Source of the DNA: Candidatus Adlerbacteria bacterium
Lineage (GTDB): Bacteria > Patescibacteriota > Minisyncoccia > Phycocordibacterales > SBAW01
Length of the DNA stretch: 56,105 nt
Assembly: GCA_903884345.1 (NCBI GenBank)
Contig: CAISEE010000001.1
Span: 1 to 56,105 of the forward strand
Direction: 5' to 3'
Part shown: positions 25,002 through 34,666 of the stretch, in pieces
How positions within the stretch are numbered: position 1 is the stretch's first letter
Layout: each line of letters opens with the position of its first letter
Program-made: the position numbers and the translations under genes
Notes under the pieces: generated by a model
Seen by the model: the letters and a program-made list of their open reading frames with translations, nothing else
The model's database searches: none
Told to the model about the DNA's origin: nothing

Positions 25002-25077
25002 TGGAGCCAGAGGCCGGGATCGAACCGGCGACCTGCGGTTTACGATACCGCTGCTCTACCAACTGAGCTACTCTGGC
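25002..25077 (-). tRNA. tRNA-Thr (anticodon CGT), CCA encoded
   Basis: Reverse complement GCCAGAGTAGCTCAGTTGGTAGAGCAGCGGTATCGTAAACCGCAGGTCGCCGGTTCGATCCCGGCCTCTGGCTCCA. It folds as a cloverleaf with GCGGT/ACCGC anticodon stem and loop ATCGTAA. Confidence 0.9.
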
Positions 25078-25157
25078 GCACATCGGCACGCCCCTGGTGC
25101 GGCCGCAAAATGTATACTACAACACCTACGCCGATTTTCACAGCGAATCGTGTGGCT

Positions 25158-26519
25158 CTAAATTTCGCTCTCGACCGGGACGAGCCGCACCATGGCGCTC
25201 GCCGAAACGTCGCCGACCGCGGTCTGGCACTGGAGCGAGAAGACGCTTTGCCCCACAATCGTAACGGTCTGCGTTCCAGATAATCCTGACACCGAGAGTC
25301 CCGGCCCAGAGACGGTGCAACCGCTGACGTTGGTAGCCGACCACCTGACCGTAGCGGCGCTGTGTTTATGCACCATGACGGGCGCTGCGGTGATGGAGAG
25401 ACTGGGGTGCAAGACCGTGACCGTGGTGGTCTGCTGCTTGCCGACCTGACAGTGGAGGGAGTAGGTCGTGTCCGAAGTCGGTTTGACGGTAACGCTGCCG
25501 CTCGTCGCGCCTCCAGTCGAGAAATTGTAGCCTGCGCTGGAGACGCTCGGGGGCACGCAACTCCAGGCGAGTACGAGAGGATCACCCGGCAACACCGTCG
25601 CCGCATTGACGCCGGGGCTCGTATGTATGCTGCAGTGGGAACTCGTAGGGCATGTCACCTCGAGCGTGCCGCCCGGACACTGATTATTGCTGGGTACTGT
25701 CGCGGGGCAGCTGCCATCGCACGAGTAGATACTGGTTGACTTCATGCCACAGGCGTTGGGGGCGGAGGCGCAACTTTTATCGCGATACGCAGCACACGCG
25801 TCCATACAGGCGCCGTCGCCCGCACGCAGAAATTGGTAGTTGGCTGGTGTCGAATCATCGTACTGCCACCACTGCCAGTTGTACGCTGGGTTAGGGTTAT
25901 TACCACCCGTACAGTACGTCGTCCAGACGGCGACGTGCGGGGGTGGCGAGGGTTGTGTGGGAGCCGTCACGGTAAAGCCCATGTCGTGCGTGTTGGTAAT
26001 CCAGCGGGCGAGCCACGGATTGTAGCCACTTCCGGTGAAATGGATGACGTACCAGCCGCCGGTGCTTGGTCCCGCGAATGCCGCGGCACCGGGAATACCC
26101 GCCATCATACCGTCGGCTTCGAGCGTCCCGCCGATGATGTCGGCGTCGGTCGCCATCGCTGGACTGCCATTCATAAGCGTCACCGTACTCCAACTCCCCC
26201 ACTCGGCTTGCGCGGTGAGGCTTGCCATCGAGAAGGCGCTACCCTGATTGTTGCACATCGCCACCTGCGTCACCGAGGTGACGTTAATGTTTTGCCCCGC
26301 GGCATAGGTCGCTTGATCTAGATTGACGGTGTTGTAGTAGAGCAGTGATGACCCCATACCGTACGCCATCGCGGGATCCTGCACCCAGAACGTGTCCGCC
26401 TCCGCCTGGCCGGCCGGCACGGCGCAGAGTATGAACGCAAGTAAAACACCAAGCGCACACAACCGAACACAGAAACGGGAGAGGAGTAGAGGCATACTAA
26501 GCAGTAACTGTACCACCAA
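25158..26519 (-). CDS. secreted modular surface protein (paralog of 18964..21387)
   Basis: 453 aa; the alternative ATG at 26495 gives MPLLLSRFCVRLCALGVLLAFILCAVPAGQAEA. The N-terminal domain DTFW...LLYYNTVN...AQAEWGSW...GWYVIHFTGSGYNPW matches the 835-aa protein. The C-terminal module matches 5049..6182. Confidence 0.7.
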   Translation of the reverse strand: MVVQLLLSMPLLLSRFCVRLCALGVLLAFILCAVPAGQAEADTFWVQDPAMAYGMGSSLLYYNTVNLDQATYAAGQNINVTSVTQVAMCNNQGSAFSMASLTAQAEWGSWSTVTLMNGSPAMATDADIIGGTLEADGMMAGIPGAAAFAGPSTGGWYVIHFTGSGYNPWLARWITNTHDMGFTVTAPTQPSPPPHVAVWTTYCTGGNNPNPAYNWQWWQYDDSTPANYQFLRAGDGACMDACAAYRDKSCASAPNACGMKSTSIYSCDGSCPATVPSNNQCPGGTLEVTCPTSSHCSIHTSPGVNAATVLPGDPLVLAWSCVPPSVSSAGYNFSTGGATSGSVTVKPTSDTTYSLHCQVGKQQTTTVTVLHPSLSITAAPVMVHKHSAATVRWSATNVSGCTVSGPGLSVSGLSGTQTVTIVGQSVFSLQCQTAVGDVSASAMVRLVPVESEI

Positions 26520-26586
26520 AAAGTGCAGCCTCGGAGGTGGTTATCCCCGTTCCGCGCATCCCAACACTTTTTATGTACGACTCGTG

Positions 26587-26659
26587 AGCCGAAGGCCAGA
26601 ATCGAACTGGCGACCTACTCCTTACCATGGAGTTGCTCTACCGACTGAGCTACTTCGGC
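26587..26659 (-). tRNA. tRNA-Thr (anticodon GGT)
   Basis: Reverse complement GCCGAAGTAGCTCAGTCGGTAGAGCAACTCCATGGTAAGGAGTAGGTCGCCAGTTCGATTCTGGCCTTCGGCT. ACTCC/GGAGT anticodon stem, loop ATGGTAA; no encoded CCA. Confidence 0.9.
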
Positions 26660-26791
26660 GGTGTATGCACGATACCAAATTTGCGGGATTCAGACAACCT
26701 TAATCCTTCATTCCCTATTCTGACTCCTGAAGACAGGTCGAACCGTGAATTTTGTAATAAGAAGAGAGTCCGACCGTCTTCACCAATATCT

Positions 26792-27907
26792 ATGACGTAT
26801 CCCGTCTCACTCAGCCTGTTCTTCCCAGCCTACAACGAGGAGGGCAACCTTCGCGACGTGGTCGGCGAGGCGGTGCGGACCGTCGAAGCGTCGCCGTACG
26901 TGGGCGAGTATGAGATCATCATTATTAACGACGGCAGCCGCGACCAGACGCTCGCGATCGGCCACGAACTCGCCACGCGCTACGCGCACGTGCGTGTGGT
27001 CGACCATGGCAAGAATCGCGGCTACGGCGCGGCACTCAAAAGCGGCTTCGCCTCGGCGACCATGGACTACGTCTTCTTTACCGACGCGGATCGACAGTTC
27101 GACATCGTGGAATTGCAGAACCTGCTCGTGCACCTGCCCACCCACGACGTCGTCATCGGCTACCGCGCGCCGCGCCGCGACCCTTTCATGCGACTCCTCA
27201 ACGCGCGTGTGTGGAACCTCCTCAACCGATTGCTCTTTGGCCTGCGCGTGCGCGACATCGACTGCGCGTTCAAGGTCTTTCGTCGCGACCTCGTGCAGCG
27301 ACTGCGCCTGGAGTCGCGCGGCGCGATGATTAGTGCTGAGACCCTCATTCGCTTGAAACGCAACAACGTGACCATCAAAGAGGTGCCGGTCTCGCACCTG
27401 CCGCGAACCGCAGGCTCGCCCACGGGTGCAAAACCCTCGGTCATCCTGCGCGCCTTTCGCGAGATGGTGCAACTCTATCGCGGCGAGCTGGGCCTCGTGA
27501 CCAACAAAGAGGCGGTGAAGTTCATGAGCGTCGGGCTCCTCAACACGGCTCTGGACGCACTCGCGTACATCGTCCTCACGCGCGACGTGCCCGCGTTTAC
27601 ACATCACGTGGTCGCGGCGAAGTTCCTCTCGTTTCTTGTGGGCACCGTGTCGAGCCTCGCGATTAACCGATCGTGGACCTTCGGCATGCGCGGTCGCCTC
27701 TCGCTCGGCGAGGTCGTGCGCTTCTACGCGAGCGTCTCGGTCGGAATCCTCATCAACGTCGAGGCGATGAACGTACTCGTGGGCTTCGGGATGTACGACC
27801 TTGCGGCGCTCCTGTGCGCGACCCTGCTGACCTTCGTCTTTAACTTTACCGTGTCGAAGTTTTGGGTGTTTCGCACGCGCGAGTCGCGGCTCGCCCACCA
27901 AGCATAA
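26792..27907 (+). CDS. GT2 polyprenyl-phosphate glycosyltransferase fused to GtrA-like membrane domain
   Basis: ATG at 26792 is chosen because the track ORF start at 26627 overlaps tRNA-Thr. N-terminus LSLFFPAYNEEGNL...IIIINDGSRD...FTDADRQF is a DPM1/GtrB-like GT2. The C-terminal 4-TM region (FMSVGLLNTALD...SLAINRSWTF...FNFTVSKFWVF) is GtrA-like. Confidence 0.85.
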   Translation: MTYPVSLSLFFPAYNEEGNLRDVVGEAVRTVEASPYVGEYEIIIINDGSRDQTLAIGHELATRYAHVRVVDHGKNRGYGAALKSGFASATMDYVFFTDADRQFDIVELQNLLVHLPTHDVVIGYRAPRRDPFMRLLNARVWNLLNRLLFGLRVRDIDCAFKVFRRDLVQRLRLESRGAMISAETLIRLKRNNVTIKEVPVSHLPRTAGSPTGAKPSVILRAFREMVQLYRGELGLVTNKEAVKFMSVGLLNTALDALAYIVLTRDVPAFTHHVVAAKFLSFLVGTVSSLAINRSWTFGMRGRLSLGEVVRFYASVSVGILINVEAMNVLVGFGMYDLAALLCATLLTFVFNFTVSKFWVFRTRESRLAHQA

Positions 27908-27909
27908 CT

Positions 27910-28218
27910 ATGGCGACCAAGAAGACCACACATCCGCACAAAATGGCGGCACATACGAAGTCGACCGCGAAGCACCTGAAGCCCGCGCATGTCGCAACCA
28001 CCACGCCAAGCACGTCGAGCTCGACTTTGGCCTACATCCCGCTCTCGCAGGTGGCAACCCCCGGCTCCCGCGCGTACGACTCGCACACACTATTGCCCGG
28101 AGCCGCGACGGGCGCGGTGCTTGCCTCGGCACTCGTACTCGCGCTTGTGGGCATGGCACTCATCGTGCGCGCACGGCGCCAGCCGATTACCAACTCGCAG
28201 ACGCAGGCACCCGCATGA
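27910..28218 (+). CDS. small basic Thr/Ser-rich protein with C-terminal TM helix
   Basis: ATG at 27910, 3 nt after the upstream stop (MATKKTTHPHKMAAHTKSTAKHLK...). C-terminal hydrophobic segment AVLASALVLALVGMALIV followed by RARR. Overlaps the GH8 start by 4 nt. Confidence 0.45.
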   Translation: MATKKTTHPHKMAAHTKSTAKHLKPAHVATTTPSTSSSTLAYIPLSQVATPGSRAYDSHTLLPGAATGAVLASALVLALVGMALIVRARRQPITNSQTQAPA

Positions 28219-29432
28219 GACTGAAGCTCACCGGGCTGATACTCCTTGCCACGGCCGGCTGCCTCGTCGTTCTTCTTTTGTACGTACGTGCGGTTGAGCG
28301 CACGCCGCCCCTCATCTTCTCGGCAGAGCAACTCCTCAACGCGACCTGGCAAGGGTACAAGAAGACCTACATCGAGACGGGATCTTCGCGCACAATGGAC
28401 CTCGCGCGACACGACATCACCACGTCCGAGGGCGAGAGTTACACCCTGCTTCGCGCCGTGTGGCTCAGCGACAAGCCAACCTTCGACGCGGCATGGGATT
28501 TCACCAAGACCAACCTGCGACACAAAAACGACGGACTCTACGCATGGCTCTATGGCAAGCGCACAGACGGGACATTCGGCGTCCTCACCGACCAAGGCGG
28601 CAGCACGGCAGCAAGCGATGCCGACTCCGACATCGCGCTATCACTCATCTTCGCCTACGACCGCTGGCAGGATCCGGCGTACCTCAGTGCCGCAAAACAG
28701 ACGCTCGACTCGATGTGGAGCCGCGAGGTCATCACCATCAACGGCACACCCTACCTTGCGAGCAACGACGTCGAGAAATTTACCAGTGGCACCTCGGCAC
28801 TCCTCAACCCCTCATACCTCTCGCCGTACTCCTACCGCATATTCGCCGAGGTCGACCCGGCGCATCCGTGGGGACAATTGGTCGACAGCTCGTATGCGGT
28901 TATAGCGCAGAGCATGTCGCTCCCTTTAGACACCACCTCGAGTGCGGGGCTGCCACCCGACTGGATCCTCATTAACAAGCAGACCGGGGTGCTCGGGCCC
29001 ACCAACCGCGCGGGACTGCCTTCGCAATTTGGCTACGACGCGATGCGTGTGCCGTGGCGCCTGGCGCTCGATTGGGCATGGTTCCACGACCCGCGCGACA
29101 AGGCGCTCCTCTCGCGCATGACGCTACTCGCCGATGCGTGGCGCGGCGCACAGACGATCGACACCGTCTACGCGCACGACGGCACGGTGGTGGGCGCCTA
29201 CGAATCGCCCGCGACCTACGGCGGCACCATCGGGTACTTCCTGGTGACCGACCCCGCTGCGGCCAAAGCCGTGTACGAGCAGAAGCTCGCCTTCCTCTAT
29301 AACCCCGACACCAACGCGTGGAGCAGTACGCTCTCCTACTACGACGACAACTGGGCGTGGTTTGGGGTCGCGCTCTACAACGACCTCCTCCCCAACCTTG
29401 CCGCACACCTCTCGGCCGCGACGTATCAGTGA
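28215..29432 (+). CDS. glycoside hydrolase family 8 (endo-beta-1,4-glucanase, BcsZ-like)
   Basis: 405 aa with N-terminal anchor. GH8 signatures TTSEGESYTLLRAVW (catalytic Glu context) and ASDADSDIALSLIFA. Confidence 0.8.
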   Translation: MRLKLTGLILLATAGCLVVLLLYVRAVERTPPLIFSAEQLLNATWQGYKKTYIETGSSRTMDLARHDITTSEGESYTLLRAVWLSDKPTFDAAWDFTKTNLRHKNDGLYAWLYGKRTDGTFGVLTDQGGSTAASDADSDIALSLIFAYDRWQDPAYLSAAKQTLDSMWSREVITINGTPYLASNDVEKFTSGTSALLNPSYLSPYSYRIFAEVDPAHPWGQLVDSSYAVIAQSMSLPLDTTSSAGLPPDWILINKQTGVLGPTNRAGLPSQFGYDAMRVPWRLALDWAWFHDPRDKALLSRMTLLADAWRGAQTIDTVYAHDGTVVGAYESPATYGGTIGYFLVTDPAAAKAVYEQKLAFLYNPDTNAWSSTLSYYDDNWAWFGVALYNDLLPNLAAHLSAATYQ

Positions 29433-29443
29433 ACACATATCCC

Positions 29444-31009
29444 ATGAACACAACCCCGCACAACGAAAGACGCCGCGACTTCCTCGAGGTCGACGTACCC
29501 AAAGCGCTCCTCTGTACCACGGGTGCCATGTCGGTCCTCTACTTCCTCGTGCTCACGTTCCTCTTTCGTATCGGCAACCCGTTCCTTTTCGCGCTCCTCA
29601 TCGCGGGCGAGGTCTACCACGTTTGGCAGGTGTTGACCTTCATCTACACCACCTGGGACACGAGCGTCTTGCCCACGCCACGCGCGACCTACACACCGCC
29701 GGTTGATGTCTTCATCACGGTGGCCGGTGAGCCGGTGGCACTGGTCGAGGAGACGCTTACCGCGGCACTCTCGATGCGTTACCCGAGTTTTACCGTGCAC
29801 ATACTCAATGACGGGTTCGTCGCCAAGAAAGAGAACTGGCGCGACATCGAGGCGCTCGCGGCCAAAACCGGTGTCCACTGCATCACGCGCACCATCGCCG
29901 GAGGCGCCAAGGCCGGAAACATCAACAACGCGATGCGACTGACGCGCAGCCCCCTGGTTGCCATCTTCGACGCCGACCACGTGCCGCACGAGGATTTTCT
30001 GACCAAGACCGTGGGCTACTTCGCCGACCCGAAGGTCGGGTTCGTGCAAACGCCGCAGTTTTATAAAAACTACGCGACGAACTACGTCACGCGCGGCTCG
30101 TGGGAGCAGCAGGAACTCTTCTTCGGCCCCATTTGCCGCGGCAAGAATCGCCACCACGCCGCGACCATGTGCGGCACCAACATGCTCATCAGTCGGCGCG
30201 CCATCGAGGAAGTCGGCGGGATGTGTACGCAGTCGATCGCCGAGGATTTCATCACCGGCATGTTCCTCCACGAGCGGGGCTACACGTCGATCTACGTACC
30301 CGAAGTGTTGGCCGAGGGGCTCGCGACCGAGGATCTGCTCACCTACTCCAAGCAGCAGTTTCGCTGGGCGCGCGGGGCGCTCGACGTCATCTTTCGCTAC
30401 AACCCGCTCTTGCGCTCGGGACTCTCGTGGCCGCAGAAGATCGAGTACCTGGCATCGGCCAGCTTCTACCTCTCGGGTATCGTCGTCCTCTTCGACCTCC
30501 TCCTGCCGCTCGTCTTCTTCTACACGGGCGCGGTGCCCGTCCAAATCTCGGGCATGCTCTTGGCCGCCGTCTTCTTGCCATACATGTTCCTCACGCTCTA
30601 CACGATCGAGCGCGCGTCCAACTTCACCTTCACCTTTCGCTCGCTCGGGTTCTCGATGGGGGCATGGACCATCCACCTGCGCGCGCTCATCTCGGCGATC
30701 ACCTACAAAAAAGCGAGCTTTCAGATCACGCAAAAGAGCGCCGTCTCGGGGCGATTCACCGAGCTCGTCGTGCCGCACCTGTGCTACATCGCACTAGGAG
30801 CCGTGGGCTTCGTGGTCGCACTCTTGCGCAGTGGCTGGAGCGCCTCGCTTCTCAACAACACCGCCTGGGTCCTCATCAACACCGCGATCTTCGTCCCATT
30901 CGTCGTGGCGGCCTTCCCGAGGGGTGCGCACGAGACGCCCGAGCCGCGACGCAAACGACGCCTGCCCGTATCACAAGAAATTCGCTATGGAGAACTCCCA
31001 CGAAATTAA
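29444..31009 (+). CDS. processive GT2 beta-glycan synthase (cellulose synthase catalytic subunit-like, no PilZ domain)
   Basis: ATG at 29444. Contains D,D,D,QxxRW elements: ILNDG, FDADHVP, QTPQFY, TEDLLT, QQFRWARG. TM helices lie on both sides, and the protein ends ~60 aa after the last TM. Confidence 0.85.
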   Translation: MNTTPHNERRRDFLEVDVPKALLCTTGAMSVLYFLVLTFLFRIGNPFLFALLIAGEVYHVWQVLTFIYTTWDTSVLPTPRATYTPPVDVFITVAGEPVALVEETLTAALSMRYPSFTVHILNDGFVAKKENWRDIEALAAKTGVHCITRTIAGGAKAGNINNAMRLTRSPLVAIFDADHVPHEDFLTKTVGYFADPKVGFVQTPQFYKNYATNYVTRGSWEQQELFFGPICRGKNRHHAATMCGTNMLISRRAIEEVGGMCTQSIAEDFITGMFLHERGYTSIYVPEVLAEGLATEDLLTYSKQQFRWARGALDVIFRYNPLLRSGLSWPQKIEYLASASFYLSGIVVLFDLLLPLVFFYTGAVPVQISGMLLAAVFLPYMFLTLYTIERASNFTFTFRSLGFSMGAWTIHLRALISAITYKKASFQITQKSAVSGRFTELVVPHLCYIALGAVGFVVALLRSGWSASLLNNTAWVLINTAIFVPFVVAAFPRGAHETPEPRRKRRLPVSQEIRYGELPRN

Positions 31010-32525
31010 GACGACGATATACCTCGCGCTCATGATGCTCGCCTCGACGCTGCTGTCGCTGTGCTTCTTTCTGCATCAAAGCCTGCGGCTGGACGAGGCA
31101 CAGAGCCTCTGGCAGACGAGTCGCAGCGCCGTGGGCATCATCACGCTGGTCTCCCAAGACGTACACGTGCCGCTCTACCACGAACTCCTGCACGCGTGGC
31201 GACTCTTCTTCGGAAGCTCGGTCCCCGCGGCACGACTCCTCTCGATGCTTTTCTACCTGTTGGGCATCCCTGCGCTCTACGCGCTGGGGCGCCTCGCGTA
31301 CGATCGGCAGATCGGGCTCTACGCGGCACTCCTCTTTTCGATCTCGCCGTTCATGAACTGGTACGGCAACGAGGTGCGCATGTACAGCCTCTTTACGTTG
31401 CTCGTCATCTGCAATCAGTACTGCTTCGTGCGACTCTTTAAACGCATGGGCGATACACACCAGGGAGCGACGTGGGTGGGGTACATGGCGACCGCGCTCG
31501 TGGGCATCTTCGTGCACTACTTCTTCTTCCTCAATCTGCTGGCGCAGGCGGCGTTTTACTTCCTCCACGCTGATCTCTTTCCCGCTCGTGCGCTGCGCCG
31601 ATTCATCATCGCGGCGGCGCTCGTCACGGCGGCCTTTTTGCCCTGGGTGTGGTTCGTGCACTTGCAAGGCCAGGCGCAAAACCAGACGCCGCTCCTCTCG
31701 ATCCCGACGACCATCAACCTCTTTAACACCTTCGCACAGTTTCTCTTCGGATTCCAAAGCGACGCCGTCAACACCTTCTTTTTGTCGCTGTGGCCGCTCA
31801 CCATCATCTTCGCGTTTTTGGCGCTGCGCCGCGGGCGTCTGCATTCGCCGGTGACCGAGTACCTGCTGCTGTCGGCCTTCCTTTCGGTGTTGATCGCTTT
31901 CGCGATCAGTTTCATCACGCCGGTCTTCGTGAGCCGCTACCTCATCTTTACGGTACCCGCGCTCTACCTGCTCTTGGGAAATTTGTTCGACAGCTACGCG
32001 CCGCAGGTGGGTCGCTTTGCGCGCTCGTTCGTCGTACTCGTGATGCTCGTGACACTCGGGGTCGAAATCGTCAGCGCCGCGACTCCCGTCAAAGAGGACT
32101 ACCGCGACGCGGCGACCTTCATCGCACAAAACGCCACGGCGCAGGACGTCGTGGCGCTCTCGGCCCCCTTCACCATCTACCCCATCGAGTACTACTACCG
32201 CGGCCAGGCGCCAATCACGACGATCCCGCTGTGGAATCGCTACGCGTACGGGCCGATCCCGCCCTTCTCGGCAGAGAAACTCCCCGCACAGGTCGACTCG
32301 ATCACGGCCGACCATCAAAACGTGTGGCTCCTGTTAAGCTACGACCAAGGCTACGAGCAGCAGGTGAAGGCGTACTTCGACACGCACTACCAGCGACTCC
32401 TGGCGATCACCTTCTCGCACGACCTCACACTCTACGTCTACAAGATTCGCTACGATACCGTGCGCTCGCAGGCCAGTGCCGCGGTGTTCGCCGCATGCAT
32501 GCTCCCACCCAAGAGCGATGCGTAA
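30987..32525 (+). CDS. GT-C fold glycosyltransferase (ArnT/PMT, GT39/GT83-like)
   Basis: ATG at 30987, overlapping the synthase by 23 nt. Polytopic membrane protein with an LRLDEAQSLW acidic motif in the first external loop and a soluble C-terminal domain. Confidence 0.75.
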   Translation: MENSHEIKTTIYLALMMLASTLLSLCFFLHQSLRLDEAQSLWQTSRSAVGIITLVSQDVHVPLYHELLHAWRLFFGSSVPAARLLSMLFYLLGIPALYALGRLAYDRQIGLYAALLFSISPFMNWYGNEVRMYSLFTLLVICNQYCFVRLFKRMGDTHQGATWVGYMATALVGIFVHYFFFLNLLAQAAFYFLHADLFPARALRRFIIAAALVTAAFLPWVWFVHLQGQAQNQTPLLSIPTTINLFNTFAQFLFGFQSDAVNTFFLSLWPLTIIFAFLALRRGRLHSPVTEYLLLSAFLSVLIAFAISFITPVFVSRYLIFTVPALYLLLGNLFDSYAPQVGRFARSFVVLVMLVTLGVEIVSAATPVKEDYRDAATFIAQNATAQDVVALSAPFTIYPIEYYYRGQAPITTIPLWNRYAYGPIPPFSAEKLPAQVDSITADHQNVWLLLSYDQGYEQQVKAYFDTHYQRLLAITFSHDLTLYVYKIRYDTVRSQASAAVFAACMLPPKSDA

Positions 32526-32533
32526 TGAAAAAA

Positions 32534-33874
32534 CTAGTGCGCGTTTTGCACCAACTGGAGCGCGTAGTCGGGCCACCAGGTGCCGGCCGCGGGGCCACCA
32601 TTGCAGGGACCATCGGACTCGCCAGGCGTCTTGACCCACAGGTACGCATCGACTTGTGCGTTGCCGGTTTGTGCCGTCGGGAGTTGCCCCACCGCGCGAC
32701 CCCAGGGGTTGCACCACTGCCCATTGCTGCCGTTGCCGTTTCGCGAGGTGTCGATGATGAAATGTTTATTCGAGAGCATCGCCGAAATCTGCATACCGTA
32801 CGCGACGGAGTCACTCGTGGTGTCGAAGTTCGACACGTTGAGTGCGAACCCGTCGGCGAGCGCGATGTTGGCGGCCGTGAGGCGCGATGCCATGGTCGCC
32901 GCATCGATCCACCCCGCGTGCCCCGCGTCGACGTACACGGCGGTATTTTTGTTTTGTTTGAATATCGACACCGCCTGCGTGATGAGACTCAGGCGCGTCG
33001 TCTGATCGGGCGCCGAGAGGCAGCCGACGTTGGCCAGCGCGTCGGGCTCAAGCACCACGACCGCGCGACTATTGCCGATCGCCGAGGCAAAGGCACCGAC
33101 CCACGCGAGGTAGCCTCCCGGCGAGTTTGCGCCGCCCGAGGAGTAGCTGCCACAGTCGCGTGCGGGGATGTTGTAGGCGACCAATACCGGCGCCTGACCC
33201 GCAGTCGCCGCGCGCGACATCACCGCGCGCACATCCGTGTAGACGTCGGCGTTCCAACTGCCAAACCACGCGGCCGTCGGTTGGTTGGCGAGGCGTTGCA
33301 TCAATGCCGCGTCAGCGGGCCGACTCCCACTCCAGCTCTTGGCCTGCTGCGCCGCATTGGAAGACGGGTCGACATAGAGCGGCCACCCCGCGAGCGCGTT
33401 GTAGGTCTGCGAGACCTGCGGCGAGACGGCGGACGATTGACTCACCTGCGCCGCGGCGGGCACGTTGATGTAGACGCGCTCGGACTGCTGCCCGATGATG
33501 CCGCCCTGCGCGTTGGTCGCGATGAAGGTAATCGTGTATGTGCTATTCGGGCTCCAGTGCCACGACGAGACGTCGACGTTCGACTCTTTGTGCGGGTAGT
33601 CGGCGTAGCTGGTGCCCATCCAGTTCCACTGCCCGCCATCAACCTGCCAGTACATCGTGTACTGCTCGACCGGCAAGCTCTGCAGCATCGCCTTAAACGG
33701 CTGCACCCCCGAGAGTGTGGCGCTCGCCGAAGGCCACCAGACGTTGACCGTGTTCGTCGCCGCTAGGGTTGCGCTCGGGCGCGCGACGAGAAACGCGACC
33801 GATGACCCGAGCCCCAAAACCGCGACAGAGCAGAGTACGAAAAAAGCGACGGCACGAATGGACATAGGATGCAT
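32534..33874 (-). CDS. glycoside hydrolase family 6 (cellulase) with N-terminal Ig/CBM-like module
   Basis: GH6 signatures LVAYNIPARDCGSYSSGGA, VVLEPDALAN and LWVKTPGESDG. Signal/anchor AVAFFVLCSVAVLGLGSSVAFLVA. Start uncertain: ATG at 33874 or 33865 versus the track start at 33973. Confidence 0.85.
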   Translation of the reverse strand: MHPMSIRAVAFFVLCSVAVLGLGSSVAFLVARPSATLAATNTVNVWWPSASATLSGVQPFKAMLQSLPVEQYTMYWQVDGGQWNWMGTSYADYPHKESNVDVSSWHWSPNSTYTITFIATNAQGGIIGQQSERVYINVPAAAQVSQSSAVSPQVSQTYNALAGWPLYVDPSSNAAQQAKSWSGSRPADAALMQRLANQPTAAWFGSWNADVYTDVRAVMSRAATAGQAPVLVAYNIPARDCGSYSSGGANSPGGYLAWVGAFASAIGNSRAVVVLEPDALANVGCLSAPDQTTRLSLITQAVSIFKQNKNTAVYVDAGHAGWIDAATMASRLTAANIALADGFALNVSNFDTTSDSVAYGMQISAMLSNKHFIIDTSRNGNGSNGQWCNPWGRAVGQLPTAQTGNAQVDAYLWVKTPGESDGPCNGGPAAGTWWPDYALQLVQNAH

Positions 33875-34240
33875 GGTGATGAGCATTACGATTACATGGA
33901 GAACACAGAGTATTGTATCGACACGCGCTTCTTGACCGCAACCGCCATAGAGCGCCGAATCGCGGAGCGGCATTTTATTTTTATTTCACAAGCATGCGCA
34001 GGTTCATGAAGTCGTATGAGTCTTTCACTTCCGCTTAATTCACCCTGCATATAATGTGTTGACACGCGATGAAGTGTGAAACGCACATTTGATATCGCGT
34101 CGTAGTGTTCGCAGATTCTGGACACACCAGGACAGATCAACCGAGGTGATTGCATTCAGAATGGAGCCGCGTCCACTTTACTGCGCAGAGGTGTCGATCG
34201 CGGACGTATTAACCAGTATTCGGATTATCTATCGACTAGT

Positions 34241-34639
34241 ATGAACAACTTGAAGAAACTCGTGGTTTCCTTCGCCACGGCAGGTGCATTGGGAGCAGGT
34301 CTTTTGGGAGCACTTCCTGCGTTCGCGCAGGTTGCGGGCGGATGCGGCACCGGCGCCGTGGTCACTGGCTGTGCGGCAGCAGTCGCCACTCCGGCGGTTG
34401 CGGTCACTCCGGCGGTCGCCGTCCCGGTCGCAGTGGGCGGCGGATATGGGTATGGGTACGGCGGTATCAACTCGTATCAACTTGGTCAGGACTTCGTGCT
34501 CTCGGCGCTCTTCCAGGGCCCCTACAGCAACGGTATCCTGAGCCCGGGCGGTGGAACGACGTTGGGTGACATCCTCATCCTTAATCAGCTCTTCGGCAAT
34601 TCCTTCGGGTACGGCGGTGCAACACCGTACGGTTACTGA
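34241..34639 (+). CDS. secreted Gly/Ala/Tyr-rich small protein
   Basis: 132 aa with signal peptide MNNLKKLVVSFATAGALGAGLLGALPAFA, AVA/PAV repeats, GGGYGYGYGG and a C-terminal TTLGDILILNQLFGNSFGYGGATPYGY. Confidence 0.6.
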   Translation: MNNLKKLVVSFATAGALGAGLLGALPAFAQVAGGCGTGAVVTGCAAAVATPAVAVTPAVAVPVAVGGGYGYGYGGINSYQLGQDFVLSALFQGPYSNGILSPGGGTTLGDILILNQLFGNSFGYGGATPYGY

Positions 34640-34666
34640 AGACGTCCTCCCTATGGAGGAGGAATC

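Noticed and set aside
26627-26791. Track start of the GT2-GtrA ORF at 26627, and likewise the long N-terminal extensions of ORFs 5049..6314, 29318.., 30831.., 10999..11361, 14264..15307 and 18964..21471.
   Set aside because: The extensions overlap a tRNA gene or the preceding CDS and are Arg/Pro-rich. Internal ATGs give proper signal peptides or TM starts and sensible spacing.
27910-28218. C-terminus LPGAATGAVLASALVLALVGMALIVRARR resembling a sortase LPxTG sorting signal.
   Set aside because: The motif is LPGAA rather than LPxTG and no sortase gene is in the window. A plain C-terminal TM anchor is the simpler reading.
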